64,000 bases of DNA, taken from assembly GCA_015492435.1 (NCBI GenBank), contig WGFB01000014.1, positions 15,728-79,727 on the forward strand, read 5' to 3'. Shown here in pieces: positions 9,300 to 17,773 of the stretch (the stretch's first letter is position 1; each line of letters opens with the position of its first letter). The stretch comes from Gammaproteobacteria bacterium. GTDB lineage: Bacteria > Pseudomonadota > Gammaproteobacteria > SZUA-140. The translations under genes were made by a program, and so were the position numbers. The notes under the pieces are model-generated. The model saw only the letters and a program-made list of their open reading frames with translations. It was not told the DNA's origin and ran no database searches.

Positions 9300-10502
9300 T
9301 CAATTTTCCAGGATTCTCCCGCTCAGGGCGCCAAAGGCATCGACGACGGCATCGATCTGGGCGGCGCTGTGGGCCGCGCTGAGGCTGCAACGCAACAGGC
9401 ATTCCGTGGTCGGCGAGGCGGGTGGCATCACCAGGTTCACATAGACCCCCTTGTCCAGAAGGTCATGCCAGACTTTCAGGGCGCTGTCCTTCGATCTGCC
9501 CAGGGTGACGGCAACGACCGGGCTGGATTCGGGTCCCATCCTGAAACCGAAGGCCTTGAGCCCCTGGTACAGGCGGTGAGCGTTGTCCCACAGGCGCTTG
9601 CGCAGCTCAGGACCCTGTTCCCGCAGGATACTCAGGGCGACGCGGGTGGAGGCAATGATGGAAGGCGACGAGGAGGCCGTAAAAATATAGGGACGCATGG
9701 CATAGCGTGCATGCTCCAGTTCCTGCCACCTGCTGACGCAGAACCCGCCGATGGCCCCCAGGCTCTTGCTGAAGGTGCCGACGATGAAATCCACGTCCTC
9801 CTCCACGCCCGCCTGCTCCACCAGTCCCCGCCCTCGCTCCCCCAGAACGCCCAGGGAATGGGCCTCGTCCACCATCAGATAGGCTCCGTGGCGGCGCTTG
9901 ACTTCCACGATCTCCTGGAGGGGCGCCTGATCGCCGATCATGCTGTAGATGCCTTCCACGACAACGAGGGCCGATTCCGCCTTGTCTCCCAGGCGCCTGA
10001 GACGCTTATCCAGATCGGCGGGGTCGTTGTGACGAAAGCGGATGACCTCCGCATTGCCGAGACGGCAGCCATCATAGATGCTGGCATGGCTGTCCGCGTC
10101 CAGGAGAATGGCGTCCGAGGCGCCTGGTATGGTGGACAGTATACCCAGGTTGGCGATGTAACCCGTCGAAAACACGATGGAGGCCGGCAGTCCGAAAAAC
10201 TCCGCCAGTTCCCTTTCCAGCGCCAAGTGGCCGGCATAGGTGCCATTGGCCATGCGGGATCCCGTGGTGCCGGTTCCCTCCTCTTCCAGCGCCTTCCTGC
10301 CCGCGGCGATGCAGCGTGGATCGAAGGTCAGCCCCAGGTAGTTGTTGGTGCCCGCCAGGATGGTGCGGCGGCCGTTGACAATGGCCTCCGTCTCCGAAAG
10401 CACCTGCTCGACGACGACGTTGAAGGGATTGGCATCCAGTCTTGCCACATCTTCTCGCAGGTTGGCATAGTACTGGAACTTATCAAAGATCGACCGTGTC
10501 AT
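9300..10502 (-). CDS. spt: Serine palmitoyltransferase (alpha-oxoamine synthase family)
   Basis: 400 aa and very close to Sphingomonas SPT: ILAGTNNYLGLTFDP...GSRMANGT...IVFSTGYIANLGILST...ILLDADSHASIYDGCRLGNAEVIRFRHND..DLDKRL...GTFSKSLG (the PLP lysine). Confidence 0.85.
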   Translation of the reverse strand: MTRSIFDKFQYYANLREDVARLDANPFNVVVEQVLSETEAIVNGRRTILAGTNNYLGLTFDPRCIAAGRKALEEEGTGTTGSRMANGTYAGHLALERELAEFFGLPASIVFSTGYIANLGILSTIPGASDAILLDADSHASIYDGCRLGNAEVIRFRHNDPADLDKRLRRLGDKAESALVVVEGIYSMIGDQAPLQEIVEVKRRHGAYLMVDEAHSLGVLGERGRGLVEQAGVEEDVDFIVGTFSKSLGAIGGFCVSRWQELEHARYAMRPYIFTASSSPSIIASTRVALSILREQGPELRKRLWDNAHRLYQGLKAFGFRMGPESSPVVAVTLGRSKDSALKVWHDLLDKGVYVNLVMPPASPTTECLLRCSLSAAHSAAQIDAVVDAFGALSGRILEN

Positions 10503-10753
10503 TCACTCAGTTCCTGGAGGCTGACCGCCAGGTCCCTGACCGTGTTGATATCGGGCAACCGATTGAGAGGTATGGAGATATCCAGATGATCCTCGATCTC
10601 CATGAGCAGTTCAAGCAACCTGACGGAATCAATATCGAGATCGGCGACAAGCTGGGTTTCTTCGTTCAGCCGCTGGTTGGCCTCGCTGGCAAAAGGCTTT
10701 AACACTTCATAGAGTGCGTCGAGTATTTCCTGATATTGTTTCATGTCGTTCAC
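10499..10753 (-). CDS. acp: Acyl carrier protein (sphingolipid-dedicated ACP)
   Basis: 84 aa, acidic. DLDIDSVRLLEL is a phosphopantetheine attachment motif. The gene overlaps the spt start by 4 nt. Confidence 0.8.
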   Translation of the reverse strand: MNDMKQYQEILDALYEVLKPFASEANQRLNEETQLVADLDIDSVRLLELLMEIEDHLDISIPLNRLPDINTVRDLAVSLQELSE

Positions 10754-10804
10754 GCATCCAGACTAATAGGGCTCAGCTTGTCCGATCCTGCCCTTAAAAA
10801 CAAG

Positions 10805-10963
10805 GGAAACTCTGATTAATTCTGGACCGGATGGATGGCGAGATGAAATGTTCCGGACCAAGGCGAAAAGCACAGGTAATAGCGCGCTATTGCCAAGATT
10901 TTCAACGCAGAGCCGGGACATTTCAGCCGCCAGACGCCGGTTTATGAATTGATCAGAGGTTCC
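10805..10963. mobile_element. 159-bp palindromic MITE (Correia-like), copy 1
   Basis: Terminal inverted repeats GGAA(A/C)CTCTGAT(T/C)AATTC ... GAATTGATCAGAGGTTCC. The internal arms and centre are near-identical to copies at 39421..39579 and 42132..42290. Confidence 0.75.
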
Positions 10964-11036
10964 CAAGCCATGATCAATTCAACCCGCGGGAAAGGCGGCA
11001 TTTTAGCGCGATTCCTTGCCGAATTCTAACCCGCCT

Positions 11037-11070
11037 TTCTCACCGGGATGGCGGGCTGACCTGAGCCTGC
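11037..11070. repeat. ~30-bp conserved hairpin motif AACCCGC(A/C)TTTCTCACC(R)GGATGGCGGG, copy 2
   Basis: Near-identical to 1861..1895 and 14364..14398. Stem CCCGCC/GGCGGG. Confidence 0.5.
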
Positions 11071-11112
11071 CTGCGCCGGCCCGTCATCCCGCGGTAATGG
11101 AGTGAACGCAGG

Positions 11113-12057
11113 CTACCGCGTCCCGTGGGAGGGATACAGGGTTTTTCTCAGCCCTTCCGAAAGTGAAATACGCGGCGCCCAGCCACAGGCATCCCGCCAG
11201 GGCGAGGTGTCATGGCATACCCAGTCTTCATGGAGCAATTCCCGCGCCTTGCCAGGGGTCAGCATGGGGGCGTATCCGGCCACGCGGGCCATCTGTCCAT
11301 TGAGCGCGGCGAGGCCACGCAGCGCCCAGGAGGGAAGATAGCATTTCCTCACCCTGGCACCACGGAGGCTGGCAACCGCTGCCACCACATCTTCCCAGCC
11401 ATAACCACCAGCCCGTCCGTCATCCAGTTCATAGACCCCGCTCCGGCCGGATGGCATCTCCAGGCCACATAGAATGGCCCGCACCAGATCATCGACATAG
11501 AGCAGGGAAAAACGCGCTTGCCTGGAGCCGGGAATAAGGGCCAGGCCACGGGCCATCCACTGGAACAAGGGCAGGAGTTCACGGTCGCCGGGACCGTAGA
11601 CCGCCGGCGGACGCAACGCCAGCCACTCCAGCTTCTCTCCCAGAGCGAGAAGGACTTCCTCTCCTCCGCGCTTGCTGGCGGCATAGTGGGACAAGGCGGG
11701 CTCGCGGGCCGCCAGGGAAGACAGCGCGATGAGGCGGGGCGGGCAGGGTTGCGCCAGCACGGCACTGGCCATTTTCCTCACACCTTCCACGTTGACGCGG
11801 TCGAACTGGGCCTGGGTACGGCCGCGCACGGCGCCGGCACAATGGATCACGGCCCTGACACCGCGCGTCAGGTGTTCGAGGCAGTCCTGATCGTCCAGGT
11901 CCCCGCTGATCCATGCGAGGCCCGGCCGGGCCGGTGATTCCAGGGGACGGACGGCCCGCCTGAGGGCGCGCACTTCCCAACCCTGGTCCAGCAACGCCTT
12001 GACCAGGGCGCGCCCGATGAATCCCGTCGCGCCGGTGACTGCTACGCTGCGGGACAC
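11113..12057 (-). CDS. cerR: NAD-dependent epimerase/dehydratase family reductase (bacterial 3-ketodihydrosphingosine/ceramide reductase CerR candidate)
   Basis: 314 aa. N-terminal Rossmann motif VTGATGFIGRALV. It sits between acp and the acyl-ACP synthetase, as in the Caulobacter ceramide cluster. Confidence 0.6.
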   Translation of the reverse strand: MSRSVAVTGATGFIGRALVKALLDQGWEVRALRRAVRPLESPARPGLAWISGDLDDQDCLEHLTRGVRAVIHCAGAVRGRTQAQFDRVNVEGVRKMASAVLAQPCPPRLIALSSLAAREPALSHYAASKRGGEEVLLALGEKLEWLALRPPAVYGPGDRELLPLFQWMARGLALIPGSRQARFSLLYVDDLVRAILCGLEMPSGRSGVYELDDGRAGGYGWEDVVAAVASLRGARVRKCYLPSWALRGLAALNGQMARVAGYAPMLTPGKARELLHEDWVCHDTSPWRDACGWAPRISLSEGLRKTLYPSHGTR

Positions 12058-12090
12058 GGGAGCACCCCTGTCAGGATACGGGGGATGGCC

Positions 12091-13896
12091 TTATTGATCT
12101 CCCGCTGCCGCGGTCTGCGTTTCCCAGTCGTGCGCCTCAATGAAATTCTGGCGCGCCTTGGACCGCGAGAGCTTGCCGGAGGAGGTGCGCGGCAGGGTAT
12201 GCAGGGGCACCAGCTCCACATAGCAGTCGATGCCCAGTTCGGAACGCACGCGCTGCTTGAGGCGGCTGACCAGGCAGGCCTGGACCGCGGGATCCTTCTT
12301 GCGGCACTGAACCACCATCACGGTGGTCTCCTTGCCGCCCGGACCGGGCGCCGAGAAGGCCAGGGCATCGCCCGTGCGCACTTCGGGCTGCTGCTCGGCC
12401 AGATACTCCAGATCCTGGGGCCAGATGTTGCGCCCGTTGATGATGATAAGGTCCTTCTCCCGGCCCGTGATCACGAGCTGGCCGTCGAGGCGGTATCCGA
12501 TATCACCCGTGTTCAGCCAGCCGTCCGCGGACAGGGTCCGGCGCGTGATCTCGGGCTCGTTGAAGTAGCCGGACATGACGCTGGGGCCACGCAAGTAGAT
12601 CGTGCCGCTGTGACGCTCTGGCAGGGCATTACCCTCCTGATCACGTATTTCCACTTCGAAACCCGGCAGCGGGGTTCCGCAGACAACGAAGGATCGGGTG
12701 CGGGGGGACAGATCTTCCTTGTTACCGCCCGGCACCTCACGTGCCTCGTGACACTTGGCCAGATGATCGGCGTCGATGCGATCCACCTGCAGGCCCGTGT
12801 TGAGGGGCGCGAAACTGATGGCCAGGGAACATTCGGCCATGCCGTAGCAGGCCAGGAAGGCCTTGGGATCGAAGCCGCTGGGTTCCAGCGCCTTTGCGAA
12901 TCTCAGCAGCGGCTCGGAGCGGATCATCTCCGCACCGACTCCGGCAATGCGCCATGCGCTGAGGTCCAGCTTGCTGGCCTCGCCCGCGCGTATGCAGCGC
13001 TCCACCAGTTCATAGCCGAAGGGCGGGCCGAAGGAAATGGTCGCCTTCGTTTTGCTCATCAGGGACAACCATTGACGCGGGCGCATGGCGAATTCGCGTG
13101 TGCCGAGATAGTCGACGGATACCTGAGAAGTGACGGGCACGAGCACCAGCCCCACGAATCCCATGTCGTGATAGAACGGCAGCCAGGACACGTAACGGTC
13201 TCCTGGAACCATTTTCAGGCCGTGCTTGATGATGCCCGCCAGATTGTCCAGCACTGTTTCCTGGGTGATCATGACGCCGCGCGGGAAGCGGGTACTGCCG
13301 GAGGTGTATTGTATGTAAGCCAGTTCGTCGGACTCCAGGGGACGCAGGGCCTGCTGGCTTTCGGGGAAGTTCTCGAAGTCCACCGGATCGCCGACGAAGG
13401 CCATGTCCAGGCCCTCGGCCGCTTCCTCCAGATAGGGCAGGAAACCCGCGGCGGAGACGCCTACCGAGGCATTGCAACTGGTCAGCATGGAACGCAGATG
13501 AGCGACGTAGGCCTCGTGTCCGCCCAGGCTGATGGGGATGGGGAGCGGCACGGGCACCAGGCCCGCGTACTGACATGCAAAGAAGAATCGCAGGAAGTCC
13601 GGATGCGTCTCGGCAATCAGCGCGACGCGCGCGCCGCGTTCCAGTTCCAGGCCGAGAAAACGGCGGGCCAGTATTCGTGCTTCCTGACGCAGCCTGGCAT
13701 AGGAGAGTACGGCATATACTTCGCCTCGCCCGGTATAGAAATTACAACCGGTTTCCCCTTGAGCCGCATAGTCCAGGGCTTCCGCAAGATTGGAAAAGTC
13801 GGCTGCACGGAATGGCAAAGTATTATGGGTAGGTGTCGTCTCCAGATCCAAATTAACCTCCTTAATACTTCTCCTGTTGGTTTCTGTCCCTAGCAT
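12091..13896 (-). CDS. Fatty acyl-AMP ligase / acyl-ACP synthetase
   Basis: 601 aa. AMP-binding motifs YTSGSTRFPRGV, YGMAE, TGDIG and the C-terminal SSGKLSR lysine motif. Good RBS (AAGGAGG) upstream. Confidence 0.8.
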   Translation of the reverse strand: MLGTETNRRSIKEVNLDLETTPTHNTLPFRAADFSNLAEALDYAAQGETGCNFYTGRGEVYAVLSYARLRQEARILARRFLGLELERGARVALIAETHPDFLRFFFACQYAGLVPVPLPIPISLGGHEAYVAHLRSMLTSCNASVGVSAAGFLPYLEEAAEGLDMAFVGDPVDFENFPESQQALRPLESDELAYIQYTSGSTRFPRGVMITQETVLDNLAGIIKHGLKMVPGDRYVSWLPFYHDMGFVGLVLVPVTSQVSVDYLGTREFAMRPRQWLSLMSKTKATISFGPPFGYELVERCIRAGEASKLDLSAWRIAGVGAEMIRSEPLLRFAKALEPSGFDPKAFLACYGMAECSLAISFAPLNTGLQVDRIDADHLAKCHEAREVPGGNKEDLSPRTRSFVVCGTPLPGFEVEIRDQEGNALPERHSGTIYLRGPSVMSGYFNEPEITRRTLSADGWLNTGDIGYRLDGQLVITGREKDLIIINGRNIWPQDLEYLAEQQPEVRTGDALAFSAPGPGGKETTVMVVQCRKKDPAVQACLVSRLKQRVRSELGIDCYVELVPLHTLPRTSSGKLSRSKARQNFIEAHDWETQTAAAGDQ

Positions 13897-14363
13897 GCGT
13901 CAAATTTTGCCAAATATACATTTAATAATCTGATATATCAAGCGGTTATTCAGTTCAATTTGGTGTCCGAATTTAGTATATGATCTGTTGTTTTTTTACA
14001 ACACTGCAAACACAAAAAAATACCGGCCTGGATGTCATGCCAGCGCCTGGTACCCGGCCCTTGCTTCGGGGCACATTCTTGCGCTTTTCAATCTAAAACG
14101 CAAATTAAATATAGTACATGTAAGGGTCCGTCCGCGTCTGACGACCCTGTCACGGAAATTCCCGCCATCACATCCGCCAGCATCCTTGATTTTCTTTCCC
14201 CGCACCCGGCACGCGCAACCCAGGACCGGATTGCTTCCACGGCTCGCCCACAGCCGCAGACTTCTAATGTAGAACGCTGACTTTCCTGGGAATGTTCCAT
14301 GCAGAAAAGGAGAATTCCTCAGACAAGCAAGAATCCCCCTATCGGCCCAAGGGCTTTCAACTG

Positions 14364-14398
14364 CAACCCGCATTTCTCACCAGGATGGCGGGATGACC
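14364..14398. repeat. ~30-bp conserved hairpin motif, copy 3
   Basis: AACCCGCATTTCTCACCAGGATGGCGGGATGACC, ~300 bp upstream of the bCerS candidate. Confidence 0.5.
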
Positions 14399-14703
14399 GC
14401 GCAGCGAATTGGATTCACAAAGGATTTTGCGATGGAGCGGAATACCCGCGTGTGTTTCCGGCTGAGTTGGGTGCAAGGATCAAGCGAGGGCCCGCCATCC
14501 AGGAAGCAAGGCAGGTCTGAAAGGGGCAGCGGAAGCGCGTCCACCCGGCGCAGGGAGCGCATTTGATCCTGCCCCCGAAAATCCTGATTTTGGAACTGCA
14601 AAGAAAAACATTTATCGGTACACTACTGCCATCATCAACAAAGACCCATGGCCTGCCCCGAACATGATACCGCCCGAGCCCCGCCCGCTCCTACCAACCG
14701 ACC

Positions 14704-15858
14704 ATGGAAAACTGCTGCGCCATGTCTGAATCATCAAGGTTTCACATCGTACCCGTCGGGAACGCCAGGCAACTGGAAACATTTATCCGGATGCCATGGC
14801 CCATCTACCGCGATGACCCGGCCTGGGTTCCCCCGCTCATATACGAGCGCAAGGAACACCTGTCGGAAAAAAACCCTTTTTTCCAACACGCCCGCTGGCA
14901 GGCCTGGCTGGCCATGGACGAAGACCGCCCAGTGGGACGCATCAGCGCCCAGATTGACCAGTTGCACCTGGAACGCTATGACGACAAGTGCGGCCATTTC
15001 GGCATGCTGGAAGCCATCGACAACCCGGCGGTTTTCTCTCTGCTGCTGAACACGGCGGAGCAATGGCTGCGCGATCAGGGCATGGCCCTGATCCGCGGTC
15101 CATTCAACCTCTCCATCAATGAAGAATGCGGGCTCCTGGTGGAGGGCTTCGACACACCGCCCTCCCTCATGATGGGACATGCCCGGCCTTACTACGGCCC
15201 GCATGTGGAAGGCCAGTCCTACAGCGTGGTTAAGCAATTGCTGGCCTATCGTATTGCCACCAGGAAACAGCCTCCGGAAATCATGCAAAAGCTGACGCGC
15301 AAGGCCGGCCGCACCGCGACGGCGCGCCCCCTGAGACGCAAGGAAATCGACAAGGAGCTGGAGATCATGCAGGACATCTTCAACGATGCCTGGTCCAACA
15401 ACTGGGGATTCGTTCCCTTCACCGCCGAGGAATTCAAGGAGGTCGGGCGCAACCTCCTGATGCTGGTCAGCGACGACTTCGTGCAGATCGCGGAGATCGA
15501 CGGCGAGCCGGTGGCCATGATGGTTGCCCTGCCCAATGTCAACGAGGCCATCAAAGACCTGGATGGCAGACTCTTTCCAACGGGATTTCTGAAGCTGCTG
15601 TGGCGTCTCAAGGTCAAATATCCGCGCAGCGGGCGCATCCCCCTCATGGGGGTGCGCAAGCGTTATCATCATACCCCCCTGGGGCCCGGACTGGCTTATC
15701 TGATGATTTCCGCCATCCGTGACGCCGTCTTGAAACGCGGCATCCAGGATATGGAAATGTCCTGGATACTGGAGGACAATGCCGGCATGCGCCATATCTT
15801 GGAAACCGCCGGCGCCGAAATTTACAAGCGCTACAATATTTATCAGAAATCATTGTGA
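14704..15858 (+). CDS. GNAT-fold N-acyltransferase, bacterial ceramide synthase (bCerS) candidate
   Basis: 384 aa with coding-like composition. It is divergently oriented to the spt-acp-cerR-ACP-synthetase block across an AT-rich control region. The family call rests on context and size, not on clear motifs I could verify by eye. Confidence 0.5.
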   Translation: MENCCAMSESSRFHIVPVGNARQLETFIRMPWPIYRDDPAWVPPLIYERKEHLSEKNPFFQHARWQAWLAMDEDRPVGRISAQIDQLHLERYDDKCGHFGMLEAIDNPAVFSLLLNTAEQWLRDQGMALIRGPFNLSINEECGLLVEGFDTPPSLMMGHARPYYGPHVEGQSYSVVKQLLAYRIATRKQPPEIMQKLTRKAGRTATARPLRRKEIDKELEIMQDIFNDAWSNNWGFVPFTAEEFKEVGRNLLMLVSDDFVQIAEIDGEPVAMMVALPNVNEAIKDLDGRLFPTGFLKLLWRLKVKYPRSGRIPLMGVRKRYHHTPLGPGLAYLMISAIRDAVLKRGIQDMEMSWILEDNAGMRHILETAGAEIYKRYNIYQKSL

Positions 15859-16679
15859 CAGCGCGCACACGGGCCACACCCCTGCCTGACCAGCCCCGTT
15901 TCAGTGCCATCATCCTGGCGGGGGACCGCCGCCCCGGGGACCCACTCGTTCTGAAGGCGGGGGTCGCCGGCAAGGCCTTGATCCCCGTCGCCGGCATTCC
16001 CATGGTCCAACGCGTCGTCAGCGCCCTTGAGGAAAGCCGTTTCATCGGCAGGCGCATACTCTGCGGGCCGCCCCGCGACGCCCTGATAAGCGCCCCCCGC
16101 CTCCTGGAGATGATTCAGGCGGGTGAAGTCGAATGGATGGAGAGCCAGCCTTCCCCATGCCTCAGCGCCATCCACTCCATGGCGCGCATTCCCGATACGG
16201 AACCCGTGCTGCTCACCACGGCGGATCACGCACTGCTGAGCACGGAGATTCTTGACGAATTCTGCCGCCACGCACTCGACCACAAGCATGATGTGATGGC
16301 GGGCCTGGCACGCCACGAGGACATTCTGCGCGCCTACCCGGAAACGAACAGGACGTCCCTGCGCTTTCGCGATGGCGCTTTCAGCGGCTGCAACCTGTTT
16401 GCCTTTCCCACTCCGGCAGGCCGCCGCATCACGGCATTCTGGCGCCGCGTGGAGCAACAACGCAAGAACCCCTTCCGGGTCGTGAGCGCGGCGGGCTGGA
16501 TGGCTGTCCTGCGCTATGCCTTGGGCCGGCTGACCCTGGAAGAAGGACTGCAGCGCATCTCCCGGCGCCTGGATCTGCGTGTCGGGGTCGCTGTCTTGTC
16601 CCAGCCCGAAGCAGCCATCGACATCGATACTGTTGAAGACTGGAAATTGGCCGACAAAATAGCCAGGGAACGCCCGTAA
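15855..16679 (+). CDS. MobA-like NTP-transferase domain protein (nucleotidyltransferase)
   Basis: 274 aa. The N-terminus AIILAGDRRPGDPL...KALIPVAGIPMVQRVV is typical of MobA-like and sugar-phosphate nucleotidyltransferases. It overlaps the bCerS stop by 4 nt (ATGA), which implies translational coupling. Confidence 0.7.
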   Translation: MTARTRATPLPDQPRFSAIILAGDRRPGDPLVLKAGVAGKALIPVAGIPMVQRVVSALEESRFIGRRILCGPPRDALISAPRLLEMIQAGEVEWMESQPSPCLSAIHSMARIPDTEPVLLTTADHALLSTEILDEFCRHALDHKHDVMAGLARHEDILRAYPETNRTSLRFRDGAFSGCNLFAFPTPAGRRITAFWRRVEQQRKNPFRVVSAAGWMAVLRYALGRLTLEEGLQRISRRLDLRVGVAVLSQPEAAIDIDTVEDWKLADKIARERP

Positions 16680-16686
16680 CGGACGT

Positions 16687-17709
16687 TTGCGAACACCCAT
16701 ATTGCCTGACTACCCGGGGATGACCAGACAACAACAGCACAAACCCTGCACCGCGCGGAGCATCACCCACCTGCTGCCGGCACGGATGACTGCCCTGCTG
16801 CTGTTGCCCATGCTGATGATGCCGGTGGTCAAGCTTCAGGCCGCTCCCAGCACGGGAGAACAGGCGGCTCCACCATCCTATGACCTCAATTCCCTGACAT
16901 GGCGTGCATTGCATTTCGCAACCTCCATCATGGGCATGCCGCTTCACGCCAAAATGAAGGCCCGGATTCTTTCAAGGGACGAGGCACAGCGGCATCTGGT
17001 TTCCCCGGGCGAGGGGCACGGTATGCCACCCGCTGACGCCGTGCTGCAATTGGAGGTATTCTCCTCGTTCATCAATGACAAAGACATTCACACCCGCCTG
17101 ATGATCAATCCCGGTGACGCCGCGGCGCTGCAGCGCACCCGCGTCGAACTGACCCCGGGAGACGAGCGCTACAAGGCATACCGTTTCACCGGGGAAGGGG
17201 TTTTCATCCTGCGGCGCGTCCCCAGGCGGGGCGAGGCTGAAAAGCCCTTTACGGAATGGACGGGCACACACGAATCCTTCATCCCCTATCCCGGCCGTCA
17301 CCGCCGCCCGGACCTCGCCTCGGACACGGCCGCGCTGCTCTACATGGGTTCAGCCGCGAACTTCACAGCACCCGGCGACAGCAAAAGCTTCATTGCCTAT
17401 TTCGATGACAGCTTTCACGTGATTACGATGGAGTACCAGGGTATCGAAGGCGTACGGGCGGATTTCCAGGCCGGGCGCCAGGATGCGGGGTCACGGCGCA
17501 TCCTGAGCTACCGGGACGCCCTGCGGCTGACGATCCGCGCCCATCCCCTGGAACGCCCCAATGAAGAAAGCACGCTCCAGATCGCGGGCCTGGAGCCCCC
17601 GGTGGAGCTGTTCATCGATCAGGAAATGCGTGTCCCCCTGGAATTGCGCGGCCGCTTCGGTTTCATCGGGGAAATCTCCCTGCGCCTGGACAGGGCAGAG
17701 CTGCGGTGA
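16687..17709 (+). CDS. Secreted/periplasmic hypothetical protein
   Basis: 340-aa ORF. A likely signal peptide starts at the internal Met (MTALLLLPMLMMPVVKLQAAP, ~16786). No family recognised. It is the last gene of the bCerS operon. Confidence 0.5.
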   Translation: MRTPILPDYPGMTRQQQHKPCTARSITHLLPARMTALLLLPMLMMPVVKLQAAPSTGEQAAPPSYDLNSLTWRALHFATSIMGMPLHAKMKARILSRDEAQRHLVSPGEGHGMPPADAVLQLEVFSSFINDKDIHTRLMINPGDAAALQRTRVELTPGDERYKAYRFTGEGVFILRRVPRRGEAEKPFTEWTGTHESFIPYPGRHRRPDLASDTAALLYMGSAANFTAPGDSKSFIAYFDDSFHVITMEYQGIEGVRADFQAGRQDAGSRRILSYRDALRLTIRAHPLERPNEESTLQIAGLEPPVELFIDQEMRVPLELRGRFGFIGEISLRLDRAELR

Positions 17710-17773
17710 GTGATGTAATAATTATCCGGAATACCAAGTCCAAACAAGGTACAAGATGCAAAAGGCTGCTTCC

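Noticed and set aside
10763-10966. 67-aa ORF, and the similar ORFs 42143..42424 (-) and 42150..42650 (+)
   Set aside because: All three simply read through the 159-bp MITE copies, sharing the 'GNSALLP…RNISS' peptide from the repeat. No independent coding evidence.
12085-13893. 602-aa plus-strand ORF almost exactly mirroring the acyl-ACP synthetase gene
   Set aside because: The minus-strand product has canonical AMP-binding motifs. The plus-strand product is low-complexity (G/A/R/H/Q-rich) with no family features. This is the usual GC-skewed open antisense frame.
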